Below, piece by piece: positions 30,802-39,259 of a stretch of 64,000 nucleotides of DNA. How positions within the stretch are numbered: the stretch's first letter is position 1; each line of letters starts with the position of its first letter. The position numbers and the translations under genes were made by a program. The DNA comes from an uncultured Gemmatimonadales bacterium (GTDB lineage Bacteria; Gemmatimonadota; Gemmatimonadetes; Longimicrobiales; RSA9). Location: the NCBI GenBank assembly GCA_963741945.1, contig CAVUKA010000001.1, positions 992,001 through 1,056,000 on the forward strand, read 5' to 3'. The notes below the pieces were generated by a model that was given only the letters and a program-made list of their open reading frames with translations, made no database searches and was not told the origin of the DNA.

Positions 30802-31229
30802 CGTCGAACTCTGCCGTAGGCGCTGATCACCGCCCCGCCGCGGGCGCCGCCCCGTCGGAGCGTGACCCGCCGCGACGCCATGCGGCCGATCCCCAGGCCG
30901 TCATATCGGATCCGCACGGGATCCGGAGACCCCACATCGAGGGTGACGCCGTGGCGTGCGTGAAAGTCCAGGGCGGGCCCGGTGGCCCCGTCCTCGAACA
31001 CCATCCAGCCGGTGCCAGCGGCGGGGTCGAGCACGACGGAGGCGCCCCCGTGCGCCACGGCTTCGATCCGGGCAATGGCGAGGGCGCCGATCAGGTCGTC
31101 ACGGGCGGCATGCACGGCGGCGGCGTCGCGCCAGCGCCCCAGGCGCGGGGCCGCCATGGCGAGGAGCGCGCCCGTGAGGGTGAGGACGAGGATCAGCTCG
31201 ATGGACGTGTAGCCGCAGCGTGGTCGCAT
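30795..31229 (-). CDS. FimT/FimU-like minor pilin, cassette 2
   Basis: [12 protein letters not shown]...AAP, AR.EAV, ends [10 protein letters not shown]. Confidence 0.75.
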   Translation of the reverse strand: MRPRCGYTSIELILVLTLTGALLAMAAPRLGRWRDAAAVHAARDDLIGALAIARIEAVAHGGASVVLDPAAGTGWMVFEDGATGPALDFHARHGVTLDVGSPDPVRIRYDGLGIGRMASRRVTLRRGGARGGAVISAYGRVRRW

Positions 31230-31314
31230 GCGGCAACGGTGTCAGCGGCGTCGGGGCGAAGCCATGGCGCGTGGGGACGAAGTCGCGCCGGCGTCGTCGC
31301 CAGCGGGAAGGTGG

Positions 31315-32673
31315 CTACTCCAGCCCGTAGTCGCGGATCTTGTAGAGGAGGGCGCGGGAGCTGAGCTCCAGCAGATCCGCGGCGCGGGTCCGGTTGCCGC
31401 CCGTACGCTCGAGGGCCTTCTGGATCAGCCGACGCTCGAGCACCGCGCCGTGCTTCTTCACCGAGAGCTCGTCATCGCCGAGCTCCACGTCATCCAGCGG
31501 GCGGACGGGCGACTGCACGTGGTGCGGCAGATCCTTCACTTCGATGCGCGGACCCTCGGCCAGCACCAGGGCGCGCTCGATGATGTTCTCGAGCTCGCGG
31601 ACGTTCCCGGTGAACGCGTAGTCCAGCAGCAGCTTCATGGCCTCGGGCGACACGCCCTCGAGCTCCAGCCCGAGCGCCCGGTTGTACTTGTCCACGAAAT
31701 GCCGGGCCATGAGCGGGATCTCCTCCGGCCGCTGGCGGAGCGGCGGGAGGTGGATCGGCACCACGGCGATCCGGAAATAGAGGTCCTTCCGGAAGTTGCC
31801 CTGCTTGATCTCGTCCTCGAGGTTGCGATTGGTGGCGGAGACGATGCGCGCGTCCACCTTGCGGTTGCGGTTCTCCCCCAGCCGGCGCACTTCGCCCTCC
31901 TGCAGCGTCCGCAGCAGCTTGACCTGGAGCGAGCCGGGCATCTCGCCGATCTCGTCCAGGAAGAGCGTGCCGCCGGTGGCCGCCTCGAAGAGGCCCATCC
32001 GGTCACGATCCGCGCCGGTGAACGCGCCACGTACGTACCCGAAGAGCTCGGACTCCAGCAGGTTCTCCGGGATGGCGCCGCAGTTCACGGCCACGAACGC
32101 GCCCCCGGACCGCTCGCTCTCGTCGTGGATGAGCCGCGCGATGAGCTCCTTCCCGGTCCCGCTCTCGCCGGTCACGAGCACCGTGGACGGGTACCGCGCC
32201 ACCTTGGACGCGGTCTCGACGGCCTTCTTCATGGCCGGCGACCGCGCGATGATCCCGGTGAAGCGGCGGTCGACGGTGACCTCCTCGCGGAGGCGACGCA
32301 CTTCCTGTCGGAGCGCCTCCCTCTCCTCCGCCTTCTTCAGCGTCAGGACCAGCTCGTCCGCGCTGAACGGCTTGGCGATGTAGTCGTACGCCCCCTTCTT
32401 CATGGCTTCCACGGCCAGCTCCGTGCTGCCATAGGCGGTCATGACGATGACCAGCGCTTCCCCGCCCTCCGCCCGGTACCGCTCGAGGAACTCGAGGCCC
32501 GGCATGCCCGGCATGCGCACGTCGGTGAGGACCGTGTCCGGGTCGAGGGAGAGCGCCTTCTCCAGGCCTTCCTTTCCGTCCGAGGCGGTGTGGACCTGGT
32601 ATCCCTCCTCGGACAGGATCATGGACACCGTCTGGCGCAGACTCGGCTCGTCGTCGATGATCAGCACCTTCAT
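31315..32673 (-). CDS. Sigma54-dependent response regulator (PilR2/NtrC family)
   Basis: Receiver IIDDE...[31 protein letters not shown]. Confidence 0.93.
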   Translation of the reverse strand: MKVLIIDDEPSLRQTVSMILSEEGYQVHTASDGKEGLEKALSLDPDTVLTDVRMPGMPGLEFLERYRAEGGEALVIVMTAYGSTELAVEAMKKGAYDYIAKPFSADELVLTLKKAEEREALRQEVRRLREEVTVDRRFTGIIARSPAMKKAVETASKVARYPSTVLVTGESGTGKELIARLIHDESERSGGAFVAVNCGAIPENLLESELFGYVRGAFTGADRDRMGLFEAATGGTLFLDEIGEMPGSLQVKLLRTLQEGEVRRLGENRNRKVDARIVSATNRNLEDEIKQGNFRKDLYFRIAVVPIHLPPLRQRPEEIPLMARHFVDKYNRALGLELEGVSPEAMKLLLDYAFTGNVRELENIIERALVLAEGPRIEVKDLPHHVQSPVRPLDDVELGDDELSVKKHGAVLERRLIQKALERTGGNRTRAADLLELSSRALLYKIRDYGLE

Positions 32674-33932
32674 GGCGCCAAGGCCTCCGCTGGCTGGTCG
32701 GATGCGGGGAGCTGGATCGTGAACTCCGCGCCTTCCTCAGTATTGCATGCCCGGATGGTCCCGTCCATCCCGTCGATCAGCCGCGCGCTCACGGCCAGCC
32801 CCAGGCCCGTGCCCTTGCCGGGCTCCTTCGTGGTCATGAACGGCTCGAACAGCCGGGGCAGGACGCTCTCCGGGATCCCGGTGCCGCTGTCCGCCACCGT
32901 CAGCTCCACGATCAGCTGGTCGGGCTCGAACGGGTGGAGTCGGGGCACCGGCTCCGGCCGATTGTAACGGCGGCGGTGCGAGTAGTCGATCCCCGGCGGG
33001 TCGTCGCGTCGCCGAGCCGGCGTGTAGATCGGCGCCTCGTACCGGCGGGCGACGGAAGCGATCCGCACGCGCCGGGTCTCCCGGTCCTCCATGGCGTCCG
33101 CGGCGTTCAGCAGCAGGTTCACCAGCACCTGCTCGAGCTGGTACGGGTCGGCGGAGACGGCCGGCAGGTCACCGGAGAGGGAGGTGATGATCTCGACACC
33201 ATTCAGGCGGGGCTGCGACCGGGCCAGCTCCAGCGTCTTCGCCACCACCGCGTCCACGTCGATGGGCCGGACCTTGGGCTCCCGGGCGCGCGAGTAGTCG
33301 ACCAGGCCGCGAACGATCCGATCAATGCGCACCACCTGCTCCAGCGACGCTTCCACCAGCTCCAGCTCCAGCCCCTCCACTCGTCGCTTCAGCAGGTCCA
33401 TGTTCCCCATGATGGCGGCCAGCGGATTGCCGATCTCGTGGGCCACGCCCGCCGCCATCTGCCCCAGCGACGCCATCTTCTCCGCCCGGATCAGCTCGTC
33501 CCTCGCCGCCGTCAGATCCAGGTTCGTCCGCTGCAGCGACTGGACGTTGCGCGAAAGCTCCATCTGGTGGTTGATCAGCCGCTCCGCCATCCGGTTCAGC
33601 GCGTCCGAAAGACGGTCGATCTCCTCCGAGTCGCTGCGCGGCAGCCGACGCGCGTAGTCGCCCTCCGCGATCGCCTCCGCCTCCTCCACCATCCGGTCCA
33701 GCGGGTACAGCACGCGCGTGCGCACGAGCCACCGCCCGAACACGAAGAAGACCGCCAGGTCGGCCACCACCAGCAGAGAGAGATAGAGGAGCCCTTCCAG
33801 CGGTGAGGCGAACGTCGGAAGCAGGAGCGCGGCACCGATCACCGCCACCGCCAGTGCGCCCGCGAACACAATGGCAAACGCCGCGAGAAGCTCGCGGCGC
33901 AGGCTGTTGCGAGACGTGCCGGCCTCCTTCAC
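32670..33932 (-). CDS. HAMP sensor histidine kinase (PilS2-like)
   Basis: Two TM helices, HAMP, H-box [11 protein letters not shown]-box [27 protein letters not shown] start overlaps the pilin stop. Confidence 0.9.
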   Translation of the reverse strand: MKEAGTSRNSLRRELLAAFAIVFAGALAVAVIGAALLLPTFASPLEGLLYLSLLVVADLAVFFVFGRWLVRTRVLYPLDRMVEEAEAIAEGDYARRLPRSDSEEIDRLSDALNRMAERLINHQMELSRNVQSLQRTNLDLTAARDELIRAEKMASLGQMAAGVAHEIGNPLAAIMGNMDLLKRRVEGLELELVEASLEQVVRIDRIVRGLVDYSRAREPKVRPIDVDAVVAKTLELARSQPRLNGVEIITSLSGDLPAVSADPYQLEQVLVNLLLNAADAMEDRETRRVRIASVARRYEAPIYTPARRRDDPPGIDYSHRRRYNRPEPVPRLHPFEPDQLIVELTVADSGTGIPESVLPRLFEPFMTTKEPGKGTGLGLAVSARLIDGMDGTIRACNTEEGAEFTIQLPASDQPAEALAP

Positions 33933-34339
33933 TGGCAGGTGATCCGCCCTTCCACCGTGGCCGGTCCGGCGCTCCCCTCGGGCACCGTGCCGCGGAAGAC
34001 GCCGCACGTGATGCCGGGGAGCGCCCGGTGCACGGCGGTGGCGGCATACGCCCTTGGCTCCAGGTGCGTGAGCTGCACCGTCACCCCCGACGTCGTGCGG
34101 AAATCATCCAGATCGGCCAGGTCGCCGTAGTGCATTGTGCGCTGATTGACGCTCTCCTCCTCGATCGAGAGCGTCCGGAGGTCGGTCTTCATGGTGGCGA
34201 GATAGGCCCGGTCCGAGACCGGCCGCACCTTCGCGATGGCGATCGTCGCCAGGATACCGAGGATCACCACCACGATCAGCAACTCGATCAGCGTGAAGCC
34301 CGGGCGCCTGATAATCGCCACTTTCCCGCTCCTTGGCAT
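33929..34339 (-). CDS. Second type IVa pilin
   Basis: PG|FTLIELLIVVVILGILATIAI; C-terminal Cys pair; similar to pilA. Confidence 0.87.
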   Translation of the reverse strand: MPRSGKVAIIRRPGFTLIELLIVVVILGILATIAIAKVRPVSDRAYLATMKTDLRTLSIEEESVNQRTMHYGDLADLDDFRTTSGVTVQLTHLEPRAYAATAVHRALPGITCGVFRGTVPEGSAGPATVEGRITCQ

Positions 34340-34415
34340 CGGGATGTCGCACGCGTCGAATGAGAAAGTACTCGCGCCATTCCACCTCGCAAGCGATCAG
34401 CATGTCACAGGCGCC

Positions 34416-34452
34416 AAAACAGAGGGGGTGGGGGGACGTCCCCCACCCCCTC
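34416..34452 (-). terminator. Intrinsic terminator after pilA
   Basis: 13-bp stem GAGGGGGTGGGGG/CCCCCACCCCCTC followed on the minus strand by TGTTTT. Confidence 0.8.
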
Positions 34453-34475
34453 CGTTCCGGCTGCTTGACAGTGCG

Positions 34476-34910
34476 TCAGTCGTCGCAGACGGGCGCGCCC
34501 ATCTGAGTCGGATAGGCGACGGCCGTACCGCCGGGTGTCTCTAGGCCCGGATCAGCGGTGAACTCGCCATACCCAATGGCGCAACCCTTACCGTCCAATG
34601 CCATGTGTTCAGCCGTCGCGGTCCACGCCTGGTAGGGCGCAGCGCCTTTCAGAGTGATCGTCAGTGTCACGCCATTGCTATGGCTGAATTCGATGGCCGT
34701 GGTGTCGTTGGTGTACGAGTAGGACCCGCTCGTCTGATAGTACATCTCCTCGGCGCTGCGGAGGCTGTTCAGGTCGGACTTGAGCGTCGTGAAATACGCC
34801 GCCTCACGCGTCTTGCCGAACTTCGGCAGCGCGATCGCCGCCAGGATGCCGATGATCACGACCACGATCAGCAGCTCGATCAGGGTGAAGCCCTTACGGT
34901 TCCGAAGCAT
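34476..34910 (-). CDS. pilA: Major type IVa pilin
   Basis: MLRNRKG|FTLIELLIVVVIIGILAAIALP; AGGAG RBS; own promoter and terminator; C103/C135 pair in the mature chain. Confidence 0.9.
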   Translation of the reverse strand: MLRNRKGFTLIELLIVVVIIGILAAIALPKFGKTREAAYFTTLKSDLNSLRSAEEMYYQTSGSYSYTNDTTAIEFSHSNGVTLTITLKGAAPYQAWTATAEHMALDGKGCAIGYGEFTADPGLETPGGTAVAYPTQMGAPVCDD

Positions 34911-34977
34911 CGTTGCTCCTTGTTGTGTGACAGGCCGGGGAATGGCCACTCGGTTACGAAGTGCCGCGGTAGTGGAG

Positions 34978-34993
34978 TGCAACGCCTGTGCCC
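34978..34993 (-). promoter_or_regulatory. Sigma54 -24/-12 promoter of pilA
   Basis: Minus strand GGGCAC-AGGCG-TTGCA; matches the known PilR/RpoN control of pilA. Confidence 0.82.
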
Positions 34994-35096
34994 CATCGAG
35001 CATGGCCGGCGCGAGGCAGTACCAAGTTGTTACCCAGCACCAGATTACGTGAGGCGGACGGAGGCAGGAACGGCTCGTCGTCGGCGTTTTTCGGCC

Positions 35097-35109
35097 TTGC
35101 ATACTGCGA
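35097..35109. promoter_or_regulatory. Candidate upstream activator site for pilA
   Basis: TTGCA-TAC-TGCGA near-palindrome 104-116 bp upstream of the -24 box. Confidence 0.45.
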
Positions 35110-35147
35110 ATCGCTTGCACATCACCACGACCGAATGGCGTCGCCGC

Positions 35148-35921
35148 TCAGGCGTCACGGGCCACGCTGCCCACGGGATCGGCGGCGGCGCGGGATGCGG
35201 CGGGGCGGCGGCGGTGGGCGAACACGTTGAAGCGAACGATGTGCCAGAGCGCGGCCACGCCATCCTTCCAGCCGATCTTCTTCCCCTCTGCGTAGGTGCG
35301 GCCGTGATAGCTGATGGGGACCTCGTAGATGCGGGCGCCGGACTGGGCGAGGCGTGCGACGAGCTCCGGTTCGATGCCGAAGCGCTCGGCGCGGAGCGGG
35401 AGCCGCTTGGCCAGGTCCGTGCGCATCATCTTGTAGCAGGTCTCCATGTCCGTGAGGTTCAGGTCGGTGAGCATGTTGGACAGGAGCGTGAGCAGGCCGT
35501 TGCCGATGCTGTGCCAGAAGTAGAGCACGCGGTGGGGGCCGCCGAGGAAGCGGCTGCCGAGCACCGCATCCGCCCGGTCGCGGGCGATGGGGTCGAGGAG
35601 CGCAATGAGCTCGCCGGGGTCGTATTCGAGGTCGGCATCCTGGACCACCACGGCGTCGCCGGACGCGGCCTGGATCCCCGCCCGTACGGCGGCGCCCTTG
35701 CCGCGGTTCGGGTGGTGCCGGATCAGCACGTCCACGAGGCCGCCCGCCTCCAGCGCCCGGAGCACCTCGCCCGTGCCATCGGTGGAGCCATCGTCGATGG
35801 TGATGATCTCCAGGTCGAGGGGGACCTCGCGCACCCGGCGCACCACCTGCTCGACGGTGCCCGCCTCGTTGTAGACGGGGATGATGACGGAGAGGCGGAA
35901 CGGGGAGGTCGGGTCCGTCAT
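35148..35921 (-). CDS. Glycosyltransferase family 2 (DPM1/polyprenol-phosphate type)
   Basis: IIPVYNE, DDGSTDGT, NRGKGAAV, QDADLEYDP, TDMETCYK, GKKIGWKDG. Confidence 0.92.
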   Translation of the reverse strand: MTDPTSPFRLSVIIPVYNEAGTVEQVVRRVREVPLDLEIITIDDGSTDGTGEVLRALEAGGLVDVLIRHHPNRGKGAAVRAGIQAASGDAVVVQDADLEYDPGELIALLDPIARDRADAVLGSRFLGGPHRVLYFWHSIGNGLLTLLSNMLTDLNLTDMETCYKMMRTDLAKRLPLRAERFGIEPELVARLAQSGARIYEVPISYHGRTYAEGKKIGWKDGVAALWHIVRFNVFAHRRRPAASRAAADPVGSVARDA

Positions 35922-37279
35922 TCTGTGACTCCGTAGCGGTTGAGCTTCCGGTAGAGTGTGGACGGGTCGATGCCGAGGACTTCGGCGGCGCGGGCCTTGT
36001 TGCCGCCTTCGGACTGCAGGACCCAGAGGACGTAGGCCCGCTCCACGGCCTCGAGTGTCGGGTTCGTCGGCTCGCGCTCGGAGACCAGGCTCTCGGCCGG
36101 GGGCTCCACCACGCGTTTCGGGAGGTGGTCCCGGCCGATCTCGCCGCCACGGGCGAGCACCGCCGCGCGCTCGAGCGCGTTCTCCAGCTCGCGGACGTTG
36201 CCCGGCCAGTCGTAGCGCCGCAGGCGGTCTCTCGCATCCTCGGAGACCGAGAGCGCCGCGGCGTCGCCGTTGGACGCCGTGCGCTCGAGGAAGTACTCGG
36301 CCAGCAGCACCACGTCATCCGGCCGCTCGCGCAGCGGCGGCATGTGCAGCGAGATGACGTTCAGCCGGTAGTACAGGTCCGTCCGGAACGTGCCCCTCCG
36401 GATCTCGTGCTCGAGGTCCCGGTTCGTGGCGGCGACGACGCGCACGTCGATGTCCACCGGCCGCGTCGAGCCCACGGGCACCACCTCCCGCTCCTGCAAG
36501 GCGCGCAGCAGCTTCACCTGGAGCGCGGCCGACATCTCGCCCACCTCATCGAGGAAGAATGTCCCGCCCCGGGCCGAGACGAGGAGCCCCTCGTTGTCCC
36601 GGACCGCGCCCGTGAAGGAGCCCTTCACGTGGCCGAACAGCTCCGACTCCAGCAGGTTCTCCGGCAGCGCTCCGCAGTTCACCGACACGAACGGGCCATC
36701 GGCGCGCTGCGACAGGGCGTGAAGGTAGCGCGCCAGCACTTCCTTTCCGGTGCCGCTCTCGCCGGTGATGAGGACCGTGGAATCGGTGGGCGCCACGGTC
36801 TCGGCGAGATCGAGGACGTCGAGGAAAGCGCGGTCGCGGCCCACCGGCCGGCCCTCCCGGAAGCTCTCGCGACGCTGGATCTCGCGCCGGAGCGCCACGT
36901 TCTCCCGCTTCAGCGCGCGCGTCTCCGTGGCGCGGCGGCAGAGCGCCACCAGGTCCGCGTTCGGGAACGGCTTCTGGAGGTAGTAGAACGCCCCCTGGTT
37001 CACGGCGTCGATGGCGGATTGCAGTGACGCCTGGGCGGTCATGAGAATGACCGGCAGCTCCGGATCCCGCTCCCGCAGGTCGGAAAGGAGCTGAAGCCCG
37101 CTCGTGCCGGGCATCCGGATGTCGGTGAGCACCAGGTCCGGAGCGAAGGACGGGCACCGCTCCAGCGCCTCCGCGGCGCTGGTGGTCACCGCCACGTCGA
37201 AACCTTCACCGCGCAGGAGGATCTCCAGCGTGTTCAGGATCGACCGCTCGTCGTCCACCACCAGGATCTTCGGCTTCAT
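35918..37279 (-). CDS. pilR: Sigma54-dependent response regulator, PilR-like
   Basis: VVDDE...TDIRMP receiver, [25 protein letters not shown]; lies upstream of pilA. Confidence 0.8.
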   Translation of the reverse strand: MKPKILVVDDERSILNTLEILLRGEGFDVAVTTSAAEALERCPSFAPDLVLTDIRMPGTSGLQLLSDLRERDPELPVILMTAQASLQSAIDAVNQGAFYYLQKPFPNADLVALCRRATETRALKRENVALRREIQRRESFREGRPVGRDRAFLDVLDLAETVAPTDSTVLITGESGTGKEVLARYLHALSQRADGPFVSVNCGALPENLLESELFGHVKGSFTGAVRDNEGLLVSARGGTFFLDEVGEMSAALQVKLLRALQEREVVPVGSTRPVDIDVRVVAATNRDLEHEIRRGTFRTDLYYRLNVISLHMPPLRERPDDVVLLAEYFLERTASNGDAAALSVSEDARDRLRRYDWPGNVRELENALERAAVLARGGEIGRDHLPKRVVEPPAESLVSEREPTNPTLEAVERAYVLWVLQSEGGNKARAAEVLGIDPSTLYRKLNRYGVTE

Positions 37280-38937
37280 CGTTCCCGCTGCCCCGCGCGC
37301 CTGGGGAGGAAGACCGTGAACGTGGTCCCCTGGCCCGGCTCACTGTCGATCAGGATCATGCCCTCGTGCGCTTCCACGGCCCGGTGCACCAGCGCCAGCC
37401 CGAGTCCGCTCCCACCCTCGCGCGTGGTGAAGAACGGGTCGAACACCCGCGACACGGCCGCCGCGGGGATTCCGGCGCCCGTGTCGCTCACCGCCAGCCT
37501 CACCCCGTCATCGAACCCGGCGCCCGGCGGCAGGTCCCGCTCGCCCGCGGGCCCGACCGAAACACGCACCTCCGCCCCCGGCGGCGAATGCTGGATCGCG
37601 TTCAGCACGAGGTTGAACACCACGCGGTGCAGCAGGTCCGCATCCCCCGCCAGCCCGGCGTCGCCGCCCGCCTCGATGACCACGGGGGCGCCGTTCCGGG
37701 CGTCCGGATGCTGCCGCGCCACGTCCACCACCGATCTCGCCACCGCCGCCAGGTCCACTTCCGTGCGCTCGCGCAGCTCCACGCGGCTGAACTCGATGAA
37801 CCCGGACAGGAGGCGACTCAGGCGATCCGATTCCATCGTCACCAGCTCGCCCAGGACCTTCCGGTCCTCACCCCGGAGCGCGCGGCCGTTGCGCGTAAGC
37901 TGCTCCACCGCGCTCCGGATCGATGCCAGCGGGTTCTTGATCTCGTGCGCCAGCGACGCCGCCAGCTCCGCCACCGCCTCCAGCCGCTCCGCCCTGCGGC
38001 TCGCCGCCTCCGCACGCTTCGTGTCCGTGATGTCCTGCACCGCCAGCGTCACCCAGGGCTGCTCGTCACGCCCCAGCGCCGCCGTGCGGACACCCAGCAC
38101 CCGGACCTCCGGCGTCGCCCGCGTGTGCGTCTCGAACCAGTGCACCGGCCCCCGCGTCAACAGCGTCTCGCGGACCACACGGGACAGTCCGGGCGCCGCA
38201 CGATCCATGGCGTCCAGCGCATCACGACCGAGCCACTCCCCCGCCCGAAGACCGAGAAGGAGCTCCGCGGCCGGGTTGATGTAGACCAGCGCGCCGGCCG
38301 AGTCGACCGTCGCCACCCCCGTGTCCAGCGCACCCAGGATGTCGTCCGTATCCAGCTGCAGCTGCCGCAGCTCCGACTCCACCGTCCCCAGCCGCGTTCC
38401 CGCCCGCCGCAGACGGTCGCCCAGCCACACCGTCACCAGCGCGAGCAGCGCGAACAGCACCAGCCGCGTCAGCACCCCCGGGTCCAGCGGCTCCATGAGC
38501 ACCGCCCCGCCGGAAACCACCGACAGCACGCCCCCCCACACCGCATCCACGAAGTACAGCAGCATCGCCAGCGCAGCCACCAGGAACCCGCCGCGCACCG
38601 GCAGAAGCACCGACGCCTCCGCGATCACCAGCACGAACAGCGGCGCGAAATCACTTTCACCGCGCCCCGTCAGGTGCACCACCAGCGTGGCCACCACCAC
38701 ATCGAAAAGCGCCTGCGCATACAGGAAGTTCGTCGATGGGACCCGGCCAGCCACGTGCGTCTCCCAGTAGCTGACCATCGTGAATCCCAGCGCCGTCACC
38801 AGCAGCAGCGTGGCCACCATCGTGGTCTCGGGCGCCACCAGCGGACGCCGCCAGACCAGCAGCGCTGCCGCGAAAATGCCGCCCGCCAGCGTCAGCCGCG
38901 CCAGGTAGATCCAGCGCAGAAAGGCGGTGGAGAACAT
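37276..38937 (-). CDS. pilS: Multi-TM PAS sensor histidine kinase, PilS-like
   Basis: About six TM helices, PAS (INPAAE.LLG), LAHEIKNPL, FFTT...GSGLGL; coupled to pilR. Confidence 0.8.
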   Translation of the reverse strand: MFSTAFLRWIYLARLTLAGGIFAAALLVWRRPLVAPETTMVATLLLVTALGFTMVSYWETHVAGRVPSTNFLYAQALFDVVVATLVVHLTGRGESDFAPLFVLVIAEASVLLPVRGGFLVAALAMLLYFVDAVWGGVLSVVSGGAVLMEPLDPGVLTRLVLFALLALVTVWLGDRLRRAGTRLGTVESELRQLQLDTDDILGALDTGVATVDSAGALVYINPAAELLLGLRAGEWLGRDALDAMDRAAPGLSRVVRETLLTRGPVHWFETHTRATPEVRVLGVRTAALGRDEQPWVTLAVQDITDTKRAEAASRRAERLEAVAELAASLAHEIKNPLASIRSAVEQLTRNGRALRGEDRKVLGELVTMESDRLSRLLSGFIEFSRVELRERTEVDLAAVARSVVDVARQHPDARNGAPVVIEAGGDAGLAGDADLLHRVVFNLVLNAIQHSPPGAEVRVSVGPAGERDLPPGAGFDDGVRLAVSDTGAGIPAAAVSRVFDPFFTTREGGSGLGLALVHRAVEAHEGMILIDSEPGQGTTFTVFLPRRAGQRER

Positions 38938-38960
38938 GGCGACAAGGCTAGTGGCCGCTG

Positions 38961-38989
38961 TTGCAGATTGCAAGCATGCTGGATTGCAA
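38961..38989. promoter_or_regulatory. Candidate upstream activator site(s) for the 39260 gene
   Basis: Palindrome TTGCA-GAT-TGCAA plus a second GATTGCAA; the palindrome is 103-115 bp upstream of the -24 box. Confidence 0.5.
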
Positions 38990-39075
38990 ATTCCAAGCGG
39001 CCTCGGGGGAGGGAACGGAAGCGGGGGGGCGGCGGTACTGATTCGGTTGACGGTGGAGGTGAAGGGGGCGGCGGT

Positions 39076-39090
39076 TGGTACACGCTTTGC
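39076..39090 (+). promoter_or_regulatory. Sigma54 -24/-12 promoter
   Basis: TGGTAC-ACGCT-TTGC. Confidence 0.72.
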
Positions 39091-39259
39091 GCGCAGGCGC
39101 GTTCTTAGAAGCAGGGGGGCGGTCAGCGGCAGGGGGCGGTGAGAAGAGGGGGTCGGTCGGGCGAAGCCAGGGCCGGCGTCAGGACCGGAGAGCGGGCGTG
39201 GGCGGGGCGAGAGCACGGAGCACGCGGTCCCGAGCGGGGGCGCAGCGAGAGGAGACGGG

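Noticed and set aside
20900-38937. Defective pilus system because pilB, pilC, pilT and pilD are absent
   Set aside because: These genes are commonly encoded elsewhere; absence from one window is not evidence of loss
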